From an uncultured Clostridia bacterium (GTDB lineage: Bacteria; Bacillota; Clostridia; Oscillospirales; CAG-272), in contig CALWJX010000093.1 of NCBI GenBank assembly GCA_944381085.1, forward strand, positions 11,240-75,239: a stretch of DNA of 64,000 nt. The letters are read 5' to 3'. The translations under genes and the position numbers were made by a program. The notes below the pieces were generated by a model. The model saw only the letters and a program-made list of their open reading frames with translations, had not been told where the DNA came from and did not search any database. This document shows positions 37,885-47,558 of this stretch, piece by piece; positions within the stretch are counted from its first letter, which is position 1, and the number at the start of each line of letters is the position of its first letter.

Positions 37885-39212
37885 ACAAAGCAATCGCCTA
37901 CATCATCGATCCGAAAAAGACTGATGATGAGCTGCTTGTTTCTTCCTTCGGATGTGCTGCCAACGATTCTGTTGCAAAGGAATTTGAGTGGACGCGCAAT
38001 CTTGCAGCACAGCAAGGAGCGCAGATTCCTACCGTCATCGCTCGTCACCTGATACAGTCTTTTGATGTCGGTGAGGTCACGCCGGAAAAAGCTCATGAGA
38101 TCGGAAAACAGTTCGCAGACGAATGGCTCAAAGGAAAATACGAGTATGTGATCGCCACGCATATTGACAAAGGACACTGCCATAACCACATCATTTTCAA
38201 CGCTGTGAACTTTGTCGATTACCATGCGTACCGGAGTAACAAGAGGACATACCGAGAGCTGAGGCAGCTCAGTGATTCTATCTGCAAAGAGCATGGGCTT
38301 TCTGTTATTCCTCCGTCTCAGAGCAAGGGCATGGACTACAAGGAATACACAGAAGCAAAGCGCGGAACAAGCTGGAAGCAGAAGCTCAAGCAGACTATTG
38401 ACCGTTGTGTCATCACGGCAAAGGACTACGATGAGTTCCTTAAAATGATGCAGGATGCCGGTTACGAAATCAAAACGGGCAAGTACATTTCCTTCCGCGC
38501 CGAAGGTCAGGAGCGTTTCACTCGCGCTAAAACCATCGGAGAAAACTACACCGAAGAGCGCATCAAAGAACGCATTCAGGGACGCAATCCTCGCAAGAGT
38601 CAGATGCAGACCGGGCGCAAAGGTATCTCCCTCATCATCGACATTCAGAACAGCATCAAGGCTCAGGAAAGCAAGGGCTACGAGCACTGGGCGAAGCTCA
38701 ACAACCTCAAGGAAGCTGCGCGTACTCTCAACTTCCTCACCGAGAATAATCTTCTCCACTATGCTGATCTTGAGGCTAAGGTTGATGATATCCACAGCTC
38801 TTTCGCTCGTACCGGCGATGAGCTGAAAAGTGTGGAAGCTCGTCTGCGAGAAGTGCAGCCACTCATAAAAAATAACAGTAACTATCAGAGGCTCAAGCCG
38901 GTCTATGATGCCTTCCAGAAGGCAAAGGACAAGACCGCATTCCGGGCAAAACACGAAGCAGAGCTGGTCATCTTTGAGGCAGCAAAGAGTAACCTTCTTG
39001 CGATGCAAGGAGACGGCAAGTTGCCCAGCTTGAAGTCACTACAAGCCGAGCAGGAACGGCTCTCTCAGGAGCAGCAGAGGCTTTACGATGAACGCGCAAG
39101 CCTCAAGAAACAAGCGAAGCAGATCGACACCATCAAAGCAAATGTTGATGTCTTCCTCAGTCTCGGAAGTGACACGGAGCCTACAAAGGAAAGAACTTCA
39201 CAGCTTGAATAA
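37845..39212 (+). CDS. Relaxase/mobilization nuclease (MobA/VirD2 family)
   Basis: N-terminal relaxase domain with the His triad HIDKGHCHNHIIFN, and a coiled-coil C-terminus. Overlaps the mobC end. Confidence 0.9.
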   Translation: MAVTKIKPIRGTVNKAIAYIIDPKKTDDELLVSSFGCAANDSVAKEFEWTRNLAAQQGAQIPTVIARHLIQSFDVGEVTPEKAHEIGKQFADEWLKGKYEYVIATHIDKGHCHNHIIFNAVNFVDYHAYRSNKRTYRELRQLSDSICKEHGLSVIPPSQSKGMDYKEYTEAKRGTSWKQKLKQTIDRCVITAKDYDEFLKMMQDAGYEIKTGKYISFRAEGQERFTRAKTIGENYTEERIKERIQGRNPRKSQMQTGRKGISLIIDIQNSIKAQESKGYEHWAKLNNLKEAARTLNFLTENNLLHYADLEAKVDDIHSSFARTGDELKSVEARLREVQPLIKNNSNYQRLKPVYDAFQKAKDKTAFRAKHEAELVIFEAAKSNLLAMQGDGKLPSLKSLQAEQERLSQEQQRLYDERASLKKQAKQIDTIKANVDVFLSLGSDTEPTKERTSQLE

Positions 39213-39220
39213 GTGATAAA

Positions 39221-39261
39221 AGAGTCTTAGTAGATTGAATCTGCTCAGGCTCTTTTTATTT
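39221..39261 (+). terminator. Long imperfect hairpin plus T-tract after the relaxase gene
   Basis: AGAGTCTTAGTAGATT-g-AATCTGCTCAGGCTCT followed by TTTTATTT. Confidence 0.7.
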
Positions 39262-39265
39262 CATT

Positions 39266-39293
39266 GTCATGACTTCTCCGTCATAACTTCTCG
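39266..39293 (+). repeat. Tandem 14-bp direct repeat (GTCATGACTTCTCC / GTCATAACTTCTCG)
   Basis: 12/14 identical, directly adjacent, 55 bp upstream of the -35 hexamer of the HTH/BREX promoter. Confidence 0.6.
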
Positions 39294-39347
39294 ACAGGAA
39301 AAAATCGTGCGAAACGGTTGAAAAAGTCTGAACTTACCGAAACCCTC

Positions 39348-39376
39348 TTGAAAAATCGATAAAATTGTGGTATAAT
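39348..39376 (+). promoter_or_regulatory. SigA-type promoter (TTGAAA-17-TATAAT, TGg-extended) heading the HTH plus BREX operon
   Basis: Exact 17-bp spacing and a perfect -10 hexamer. It is the only obvious promoter between the relaxase terminator and the end of the BREX operon. Confidence 0.65.
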
Positions 39377-39408
39377 AATATTTGACATTCTATGCGGAGG
39401 TAAAAATC

Positions 39409-39621
39409 ATGAAGGCAAGTTATAAAAAACTCTGGAAATTGCTCGTAGACAAAGACATGAGTAAAGGTGATTTGCATAAAGCAAGCGGCTTATCATCAAG
39501 CACCATGACGAAACTCAGAAAAGGCGAGGATGTCTCAATGGAGGCTCTTCGCAAAATATGTATTGCCCTGAATTGCAATATTTCTGACATCGTAGAGTTT
39601 GTCTCAGACAGTGACTCCTGA
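39409..39621 (+). CDS. Small XRE/Cro-type HTH protein
   Basis: Start re-called to ATG 39409 (GGAGG plus 8 nt). 70 aa. MSKGDLHKASGLSSSTMTKLRKGEDVSMEALRKICIALNCNISDIV. Confidence 0.8.
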   Translation: MKASYKKLWKLLVDKDMSKGDLHKASGLSSSTMTKLRKGEDVSMEALRKICIALNCNISDIVEFVSDSDS

Positions 39622-39677
39622 TTATGGGACAAGACAGAGTTTAAGATAAACCGAGGTATTGGATTGGAGTCAGAGCG

Positions 39678-40094
39678 ATGGGAATGATTGTAAAACATAA
39701 TATGCTGGCTGCCGACAAGGAAGCATTTCGCCTTCTCATCTACTGCTCGGCGCCACCAAATATAAGAGACAGTGCAGTCTCGATAAACAAGTTGATGGCA
39801 GAAAAATTATTGCAGCTCAAGCCTTCACGAAGAACGATGAGGATTGAAAAGTTATTCAATGAGGTCATTGACTCTCTACCGGAGAGATCAATCATTAAGG
39901 ACATAGATGTTCTATTCAATCCGGCATATAAAATCGATGTATTCAAGATGCTGACAACGGCTTGTAAACGAAAAAAGTTTGACATTATATGGTCAGGAAA
40001 ACTCGACAACAATACACTTGTCTACGGAGAAGAAGGGTTTCCTGACTATCACAAATATGAAATTGAAAACTATGACATCGTGTGTGTCGTATAA
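39678..40094 (+). CDS. Small protein at the BrxF position of a type 3 BREX locus. No intact Walker A visible.
   Basis: 138 aa, ends 14 nt before brxC. Assigned by position only. The region LLIYCSAPPNIRDS lies where a P-loop would be expected. Confidence 0.45.
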   Translation: MGMIVKHNMLAADKEAFRLLIYCSAPPNIRDSAVSINKLMAEKLLQLKPSRRTMRIEKLFNEVIDSLPERSIIKDIDVLFNPAYKIDVFKMLTTACKRKKFDIIWSGKLDNNTLVYGEEGFPDYHKYEIENYDIVCVV

Positions 40095-40108
40095 GCGGGA
40101 GGAACAAA

Positions 40109-43100
40109 ATGAAATACTCAGAATTGATCAGTTTTAATCCGATTGAGGATGTTATTCAGCTTATCACGGCTGACGATGCTGATAAAGCTCGTGAATATGT
40201 GAAGACCTATGTTATGTCTGACGCAATGGCTGATAGCCTTCAAGCTCCCGTTATTGATCAGCTTCAAATGGATGAAGTGGTTGACAACAAGGGTGTGCTT
40301 GTTGTCGGTAACTATGGTACCGGTAAGTCTCACTTGATGTCCGTCATTTCTGCAATAGCAAAAGACGCGGATAACTTGCAGTATCTTCAAAATAAAAAGT
40401 TCGCCAAAAACATGGAACCTATTGCCGGGAAGTTTGAAGTCCTTCGCATTGAAATCGGAGGCGTTACCATGTCGTTGCGTGAGATCCTCTTTGGCTTCAT
40501 TCAAGAGGATTTTGATGCTCGTGGAATTGATTACGATGTTCCCGATTTTGACACAGTAAAGGACAATAAAAAGCTCATCAAGGACATGATGATGGCGTTC
40601 AATGATAAATACCCGGACAAGGGATATTTGATTGTTGTTGACGAGTTTTTGTCTTACCTTACTTCTCGTGATGAGCGTGCTATCGTCCTTGATCTTGAGT
40701 TCTTCCGCGCATTGGGAGAAATGTGTTCAAAGTCTAATCTTCGCGTGATTTTCGGTGTTCAGGAAAAAGTCTTTGACAATCCTCGTTTCAGCTTTGTTTC
40801 TGACACACTCATGCATGTTAAGGATCGTTTCACGCAGATCATCATCACGAAGGAAGCAACATCGTATGTTGTTTCCGAGCGTATCTTGAAGAAGACTCCT
40901 GAGCAGAAAGCACTCATCAGAGCGCACCTTGAGAAGTTCTGTAATCTCTATACCGGTATGTCTTCTAAACTGGATGAGTTCGTTGATCTCTATCCGATCC
41001 ATCCGGCATATATTGATGTCTTCAATAAGATTTACCTGATTGAAAACCGTCATATTTTGAAGAATATCTCCTTGACTATCAAGGGCATATTCAACACCGA
41101 TGTTCCTGAGAATGCTCCCGGTATCATCTCTTTTGATAACTATTGGACTGCTATCAAGTCAAACGGCTTGCTTCGAAGTGATGTTACTATCAGCCGCGTT
41201 GTTAATGCCAGCCAGCAGCTCGAAGGTATCATCAATACATCTTTCCCGAAACCGGCATACAAGCCATTGGCGATCAAGATTATCTACGCATTGAGCGTAC
41301 ATCGTCTCACTACCAATGGTCTTGATGTTCAGTTTGGATTGACTGCTGAAAACCTGAAAGACGATCTCTGTCTGTATCTCATGATGCCTGAGCAGGATGC
41401 GGACTTCCTGCTTGGTGTTGTTAAGGCTACACTTCGCGACATCATGACCACAGTTTCCGGTCAGTTTATTATTTGCAACGAGGCAAACAATCAGTATTAC
41501 ATTGATGTAGATAAAGTTGTTGACTACGATGAGAAGATCAAGCAGAAAGCCTCTTTGATGGCTGACGGTGAACTTAACCGTTATTTCTATCAAGTGGTGT
41601 ATAGCTGCCTTGAGTGGGATAAGAAGCAGTATGTTTCTGGCTTCAATATCTACGAGCATGACCTGAATTGGGATTCTCACAATATCTTCCGTGAAGGTTA
41701 TCTGTTTATGGGGCTTCCCGGGGAAAGAAGCACAGCACAGCCGGAGCGTGATTTCTACCTTCACATTATGCCTCCCTATGGGAACTCCGGTGCATCGAGA
41801 CAGGACCTTGAGGACGAAGTGTACTTTTACTTCAAGTCAAGCAATGAGTTCCATGAGACAATTTCTCTCTATGCAGCTTCTTGCAGCTTGGCAGATATCA
41901 GTGAAGGTAAGGACAAGGATGCTTATCTCGCGAAGGCAAATATTCTCCGTAAAAAGCTGGTCAAGTATCTCAGCGAAAACAAGAATACTTGCTTCGATGT
42001 TGTATATAACAAAGAGCGCAAGCAGCTGATCGAAGTCTTAAAAGGACGATATAACCGCGATCTCACTTTCAATGACACCATTGACCTTGCTGCTTCTATC
42101 TGTCTGGATGGCTACTTCAATAAAATCTATCCGGACTGCCCAGTCATGAAAACAAAGATCACTCGTAAAAATATGGCTGACAACGCCCGTGCTGCTTTCG
42201 ACCATTTTGCCGGAAGAAAGACACAACAGTCCACCGCTATGTTGCAGAGCTTTGGTATTCTCGACGGGGACAAGATCCGTCCCGAAGGCTCTAAATTCGC
42301 TTCATATTATATCGATAAGGTTAAGGCTCTGCCGCAACAAGGTGTTCTCAACTTCTCTGATATGTTTGAGCAGCAAGGTTTGTATTGGCAGATCGACAAG
42401 AAGTTCAAGGTATGGCATATCTTTACGCCTATCATCTTCCTGTCAATGGTTTATGCTGGGTATGCAGTAATCACTTTGAAGAACGGCGAAACGATTACTG
42501 CGTCCTCCCTTGATAAAGTTCCGAAGACAAACGTTATGGACTTGTATGAGTTCAAGTATCTGTCCAAACCAGCACAGATTTCTATGGCTGAACTCAAAAA
42601 GCTGTTTGATGTCCTCGACATCAATCCTGCTCTTCTGGACAATCCGAATGATCGCGAAAAAGGCGTAGAAGCTTTGCTCAAGGCAGCTCAGGAACTTTGC
42701 AACAACTCCGTCCTGCTCGAAAGAAAACTGAATGACGGTTTTGAACTTTGGGGGGAGCCGCTTGCAAATCAGCAGCAGATCCAGATGATGAGAAATGCTT
42801 GCACTGCCGTTAAGAACGAGTTCAGCAATTACGGCGCAAGATTTAACACTCCTGCCAAGTTGAACAATTTCAGCCTGACATCTGAGGAAGTAGATGAACT
42901 TGCAAAGAAAATCGCTCTCTTGAAGCTCATCCCTGAGTATATTACTTTCAAGGCTGAGTGTTCTGCTGTTGTTACCTATATTTCCAGCATAGAGTTTATT
43001 GATCTCGGTGCCGCGCTGAAATCTGAGATTGAAAATGCAAAGGCTTCCTTCCGTTCTATCAGAGATGACATCATGGATGGTGTTACCGGTGAGGCTGCTG

Positions 43101-43801
43101 CGCAGAAGGTTTCCGCTGAGCTTGAGAAAATCAAGGATAAGTACATCGAGATTTACTTTGAGGAACACAAGAAAAAGAGACTGGGCATCGAAGATGCAAA
43201 GCGTAGAGGCAAAGTTCAGGAAAGTCTTGCTCTGAGCAATCTGAGAAAGCTGCGTACTATTGAAATCCTCTCTTCCGCGAAGCTCGGAGAGATCGAGAAT
43301 GACTTGGCATCTTTGAAGGTTTGCTACGATCTTACTCCCAATGAGATGAAGACCAATCCTATTTGTCCTCATTGTCGATACAGCCTTGAGGATAAGGCAA
43401 AGAATGTCTACGGTCAGCTTGATAACCTTGAGGATCGCATTGACGCCCTTGTTGCCGAATGGACAAAGCAGCTCATGGACACCATTACCGATCCAATTGT
43501 TCTAAGCCAGAAAGAGTATCTAAGCGCACAGCAGGCTAAGGTAATTGATGAGTTCATTGCTTCCGGCTCTCTGCCTCAGCGCGTGGATGACTTCTTTGTG
43601 AAGAGCATTCAGGCATTGCTCAAGAACTATGAGCCGGTTGTCATTGAGATTGAAGACCTTGTTCAAAAATTGGATGAGCTGCCGCCGCTGGATGAAATGA
43701 CATTCAAAGCGAAGCTGAACGATATTATCTCTGCCTACACGAAGGGCAAAGATGCTACGACACTGCGTATTGTTGTCAAAAGAAGAGAAAGCGAGGAATA
43801 A
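40109..43801 (+). CDS. brxC: BREX P-loop ATPase BrxC/PglY-like (about 1230 aa)
   Basis: Start re-called to ATG 40109 (GGGAGGA RBS). Walker A VVGNYGTGKSH, Walker B YLIVVDEF. Its size and position before the methyltransferase fit BrxC. Confidence 0.8.
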   Translation: MKYSELISFNPIEDVIQLITADDADKAREYVKTYVMSDAMADSLQAPVIDQLQMDEVVDNKGVLVVGNYGTGKSHLMSVISAIAKDADNLQYLQNKKFAKNMEPIAGKFEVLRIEIGGVTMSLREILFGFIQEDFDARGIDYDVPDFDTVKDNKKLIKDMMMAFNDKYPDKGYLIVVDEFLSYLTSRDERAIVLDLEFFRALGEMCSKSNLRVIFGVQEKVFDNPRFSFVSDTLMHVKDRFTQIIITKEATSYVVSERILKKTPEQKALIRAHLEKFCNLYTGMSSKLDEFVDLYPIHPAYIDVFNKIYLIENRHILKNISLTIKGIFNTDVPENAPGIISFDNYWTAIKSNGLLRSDVTISRVVNASQQLEGIINTSFPKPAYKPLAIKIIYALSVHRLTTNGLDVQFGLTAENLKDDLCLYLMMPEQDADFLLGVVKATLRDIMTTVSGQFIICNEANNQYYIDVDKVVDYDEKIKQKASLMADGELNRYFYQVVYSCLEWDKKQYVSGFNIYEHDLNWDSHNIFREGYLFMGLPGERSTAQPERDFYLHIMPPYGNSGASRQDLEDEVYFYFKSSNEFHETISLYAASCSLADISEGKDKDAYLAKANILRKKLVKYLSENKNTCFDVVYNKERKQLIEVLKGRYNRDLTFNDTIDLAASICLDGYFNKIYPDCPVMKTKITRKNMADNARAAFDHFAGRKTQQSTAMLQSFGILDGDKIRPEGSKFASYYIDKVKALPQQGVLNFSDMFEQQGLYWQIDKKFKVWHIFTPIIFLSMVYAGYAVITLKNGETITASSLDKVPKTNVMDLYEFKYLSKPAQISMAELKKLFDVLDINPALLDNPNDREKGVEALLKAAQELCNNSVLLERKLNDGFELWGEPLANQQQIQMMRNACTAVKNEFSNYGARFNTPAKLNNFSLTSEEVDELAKKIALLKLIPEYITFKAECSAVVTYISSIEFIDLGAALKSEIENAKASFRSIRDDIMDGVTGEAAAQKVSAELEKIKDKYIEIYFEEHKKKRLGIEDAKRRGKVQESLALSNLRKLRTIEILSSAKLGEIENDLASLKVCYDLTPNEMKTNPICPHCRYSLEDKAKNVYGQLDNLEDRIDALVAEWTKQLMDTITDPIVLSQKEYLSAQQAKVIDEFIASGSLPQRVDDFFVKSIQALLKNYEPVVIEIEDLVQKLDELPPLDEMTFKAKLNDIISAYTKGKDATTLRIVVKRRESEE

Positions 43802-43804
43802 TCG

Positions 43805-46396
43805 ATGGAAAAAAGAAAACTGACGAAGGAAGACATCGATAAAGTCCGTCATATAGAAGGATTCCCTATTGGAAGCGATGATGATATCATCGCCTTATCC
43901 GAAGCTCCATACTATACTGCTTGTCCGAATCCTTTTATCAACGAATTTCTTTCTGAATTTGGAAAATCTTATGACGAATCAACAGATGATTATCATAGAG
44001 AACCATTTGCCGCAGATGTAAGCGAAGGCAAAAGTGACATAATATATAATGTCCACAGCTACCACACCAAAGTTCCTCATAAGGCTATCATGCGTTACAT
44101 ACTCCATTACACTCAACCCGGGGATATTGTGTACGATAGCTTTGGTGGTTCTGGAATGACAGGCGTTGCAGCTCAAATGTGTGGTGATAGAGAAACCGTT
44201 ACTTCTCTTTTGAGTTCCTATTCTGACCTCGAAGAGCGTGTAGGGGCGAGAAAAGCAATTATCAGCGATCTTTCTCCCGCTGCAACATTCACCGCGCTTA
44301 ACTATAACTATTCTGTGAACACAAGCGAACTCAGAAACGCATGGGATCGGATTTATAGAAGCGCATTGGAGAATTATGGTTGGATGTTAGAAACCAATCA
44401 TTCGCATAAAGACAATTCTCCGTCATTGTTTTTACATGATCATGTGAAAGGCAGCATAAACTATTCCGTTTGGTCTGATGTCATGATATGTCCTGTGTGC
44501 GGAAAAGAGTTTGTGTTTTGGGACATTGCCGTGGATGAAAGCGCGGGGAAAGTCCGTGACAGAATGTATTGCCCTCACTGCAATGGAGAAATGTCAAAGC
44601 GTGAATGTGAAAAGTCAATGCATACTTATGTTGATGATATAACCGGAGAATTGGTATCTGCAATCAAGCAAGTTCCTGTGTTGATCAACTATACTTGGTG
44701 TGGGAAAAAATTTGATAAGAAACCAAATTCAGAAGATATTGCTCTGATAGAAAAGATAGAAGCACTCAAAGTTCCTTTCTGGTGTCCTTCTGACAGAATG
44801 TGCGAAGGAACAGAAAGTCGTAGAAATGACAAATATGGCATTAAGAATGTTCATCAGTTTTTTACGAAAAGAAACCTGATCCTCCTTGGCTACATTTTGA
44901 ACGAGGCAGATAAGGAGTCGCAACCTATCAAACACAGGATAATGTCAGCTATGAAAAGTTCGTTCTCATATGGAACGAAAATGATCAAAGTGAACATTGG
45001 GCGCTTGTTGAATGGCGGCGGTACTTTTGCTATGGGCGCAGTAAGTGGCACATTGTATATACCAAGCCTTATGGCAGAGCGCAATATTCTTGAAGCTATT
45101 GACAACAAAATTCAAAGTATCATTAAGCTCTACTCAACCGCCCAACTAAGTAAAAATGTATATATCAATACAGGATCCTCTTCCTGTGTGCCAAACATTC
45201 CAGAAAACAGTATCGACTATATCTTTACAGATCCTCCTTTTGGAGATAATTTGAACTACTCCGAATTGAATTTCATTTGGGAAGCATGGGGCAAAGTTTT
45301 CACTAATAACACTTCCGAAGCAATCATGAGTAAAACTCAACGCAAGGGGGTTGTTGAATACCAAGAGCTTATGACACAGTGCTTCTCTGAGAACTTCCGT
45401 ATTTTGAAGCCGGGAAGATGGATGACTGTCGAGTTTCATAACTCTAAGAACAATGTATGGAACGCAATCCAAGAGTCTTTAATGCGTGTAGGCTTCATTA
45501 TTGCAGATGTAAGAACTCTTGACAAAAAGCAAGGTAGTTTCAAACAAGTAACTACAACAACAGCTGTAAAACAAGACCTCGTAATTTCGGCATATAAACC
45601 AAAGGACGAGTTCAGGCAGAGATTCCTGCAAAACGCAGGGACAACAGAGACAGCTTGGGATTTTGTCAGACAACATTTATCGAACATTCCTGTTGTAGTA
45701 AAAAAAGAAGATAAAATCGAGCTTATCTCAGAGCGTCAGGGATTTTTATTGTTTGATAGAATGGTTGCATATCATATTATGCAAGGAATCGCAGTGCCGC
45801 TTGATGCTCCAGATTTCTACAAAGGGCTCGAGGACAGATTCCTAAAGAGAGACAATATGTATTTTTTGCCCGATCAGGTCAACGAATATGACATGGCACG
45901 CGCAACCTGTGATGTAGAGGCAATTCAATTCTCGCTGTTTGTTTCTGATGAAAAGTCTGCGATAGGTTGGTTGTACCAGCAGCTTGACGCAAACAGCGGC
46001 GATGGTCCGCAAACTTATCAGGATTTGATGCCTAAGTTCATGCAGGAATTGAAGGCAGTCGATAAGCGCGAAAAAATGCCTGAGCTTTCTGTCATCCTTG
46101 AAGAAAACTTCCTCAAGGACGAAGACGGTAAATGGTATATCCCGGACCTAACCAAGAGTGGCGATATTGCGAAGCTGCGTGAAAAGAACTTGCTCAAGGA
46201 GTTCCAAGAGTACCTGAATAGCAAGGGTAAGCTCAAGGTTTTCCGTTCCGAAGCAATCCGAGCTGGTTTTGCAAAGCTCTGGAAGGATAAGGACTACGCT
46301 GCCATCGTTGCGCTGGCAAATCGTCTTCCCGAAGAAACAATTCAGGAAGATCAGAACTTGCTCATGTATTACGACATTAGCTTGAGCAGAGTGTAA
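43805..46396 (+). CDS. pglXI: BREX type 3 DNA methyltransferase PglXI-like (N6/N4 amino-MTase)
   Basis: 863 aa. SAM motif VYDSFGGSGMTG (aa 109-120), catalytic DPPF (aa 476-479), and a CxxC...CxxC zinc ribbon (C229/C232/C256/C259) between them. Confidence 0.8.
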   Translation: MEKRKLTKEDIDKVRHIEGFPIGSDDDIIALSEAPYYTACPNPFINEFLSEFGKSYDESTDDYHREPFAADVSEGKSDIIYNVHSYHTKVPHKAIMRYILHYTQPGDIVYDSFGGSGMTGVAAQMCGDRETVTSLLSSYSDLEERVGARKAIISDLSPAATFTALNYNYSVNTSELRNAWDRIYRSALENYGWMLETNHSHKDNSPSLFLHDHVKGSINYSVWSDVMICPVCGKEFVFWDIAVDESAGKVRDRMYCPHCNGEMSKRECEKSMHTYVDDITGELVSAIKQVPVLINYTWCGKKFDKKPNSEDIALIEKIEALKVPFWCPSDRMCEGTESRRNDKYGIKNVHQFFTKRNLILLGYILNEADKESQPIKHRIMSAMKSSFSYGTKMIKVNIGRLLNGGGTFAMGAVSGTLYIPSLMAERNILEAIDNKIQSIIKLYSTAQLSKNVYINTGSSSCVPNIPENSIDYIFTDPPFGDNLNYSELNFIWEAWGKVFTNNTSEAIMSKTQRKGVVEYQELMTQCFSENFRILKPGRWMTVEFHNSKNNVWNAIQESLMRVGFIIADVRTLDKKQGSFKQVTTTTAVKQDLVISAYKPKDEFRQRFLQNAGTTETAWDFVRQHLSNIPVVVKKEDKIELISERQGFLLFDRMVAYHIMQGIAVPLDAPDFYKGLEDRFLKRDNMYFLPDQVNEYDMARATCDVEAIQFSLFVSDEKSAIGWLYQQLDANSGDGPQTYQDLMPKFMQELKAVDKREKMPELSVILEENFLKDEDGKWYIPDLTKSGDIAKLREKNLLKEFQEYLNSKGKLKVFRSEAIRAGFAKLWKDKDYAAIVALANRLPEETIQEDQNLLMYYDISLSRV

Positions 46397-46418
46397 TATA
46401 AGAAAGTGAGGTTATTTT

Positions 46419-47558
46419 ATGTCTGAAGCAAGCATCAAGTGCTACATGGGTAGTGAAGAAAAAGAAATAACGCAGGAAACGCTCCAATCAGAGATGGCAA
46501 AGTATCTACAGATGGATAACCTCAGCTTTTTGGTAGGAGCCGGTTGCTCCAGCAATATTGTTGATAAGAAGGAAACAGGCATCCCGCTTATGAAAGGACT
46601 TTACAATTCCTTTTTTGAAGAAAAGCCTGATTTCGCGGTTGCAGGTGTTAAGTTCAATGGTAAATATGACAGCAATCTTGAGAAAATGCTTGAAGCTATG
46701 GGTGCAATAGCTGTTGCAAATCAAGTCAAAGAGATTGAACCTGATATTGATGCAAAAATCAAAGAGATCAGAGATTTTATACGCGACAAGATTAAGGCTG
46801 GGCTTGAGAGTGAAGAAGTGAAGGAGATTTATAAATCGTTCTATGCAAAAATCACTCAACGCTCAAGAAAGTCTCCGATAAGCATTTTCACAACGAACTA
46901 TGATTTGTTTAACGAGATCGCCTTGGATGAGCTTGGATTTCCATATAACAATGGATTTTCCGGATCGTACAGACGGAAATTTAATCCAATCAGCTACAAC
47001 TATATGTATGTTGAGAACATGAACCTAACCAGGGATGTGTGGGAGCGTGTATCCTCTTTCTTTAACCTTGTAAAGCTCCATGGCTCTATTTCGTGGCTCT
47101 GCAAGGATGACGAGATATGGGAACGACATTATTCGGACATTCACGACAGCGAGACGGTGATGATCTATCCTACTCCGATGAAAGACCGCACGACGCTTAT
47201 GGAGCCATATTCCGATCTGTTTCGTACAATGGAAAACCGTATCGTCCAAAAGAACAGCGTTCTTGTTGTTCTCGGATATAGCTTTGGTGATGACCATATC
47301 AATCGCATCATTTTGAATGGCTTGGCGGTACCGTCCTTCCGTCTGGTTGTTTTCGGCTCTGGTGACAACATAACCAAGCTAACCAAACTTGGAGACTCGC
47401 GCATCACAGTTTACAATTCCGAAGATAAGATTCACTACTTCGGAAACTTTGTCGAAAAAGCTCTGCCTCCCATCCATCCGGATGTAGACGAAGAATTGAA
47501 GCTGAAACCCGTCTCTGCAAGCATAGCAGAATTTGAGGAGATGAAGCTTGATGAATAG
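46419..47558 (+). CDS. SIR2-like (SIR2_2 family) NADase-type defence protein
   Basis: FLVGAGCSS, IFTTNYDLF, VKLHGSISW and VLGYSFGDDHINRII are the hallmark SIR2_2 blocks. Paired with HerA. Confidence 0.85.
   Translation: MSEASIKCYMGSEEKEITQETLQSEMAKYLQMDNLSFLVGAGCSSNIVDKKETGIPLMKGLYNSFFEEKPDFAVAGVKFNGKYDSNLEKMLEAMGAIAVANQVKEIEPDIDAKIKEIRDFIRDKIKAGLESEEVKEIYKSFYAKITQRSRKSPISIFTTNYDLFNEIALDELGFPYNNGFSGSYRRKFNPISYNYMYVENMNLTRDVWERVSSFFNLVKLHGSISWLCKDDEIWERHYSDIHDSETVMIYPTPMKDRTTLMEPYSDLFRTMENRIVQKNSVLVVLGYSFGDDHINRIILNGLAVPSFRLVVFGSGDNITKLTKLGDSRITVYNSEDKIHYFGNFVEKALPPIHPDVDEELKLKPVSASIAEFEEMKLDE

Noticed and set aside
37800-39008. 402-aa minus-strand ORF
   Set aside because: It is fully antisense to the relaxase gene, which has clear catalytic motifs. 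It has no RBS and a leucine/valine-rich shadow composition.
42443-43372. 309-aa minus-strand ORF inside brxC, and similar ORFs inside pglXI, HerA and brxHII
   Set aside because: They are antisense to long, motif-bearing plus-strand genes of a gap-free operon.
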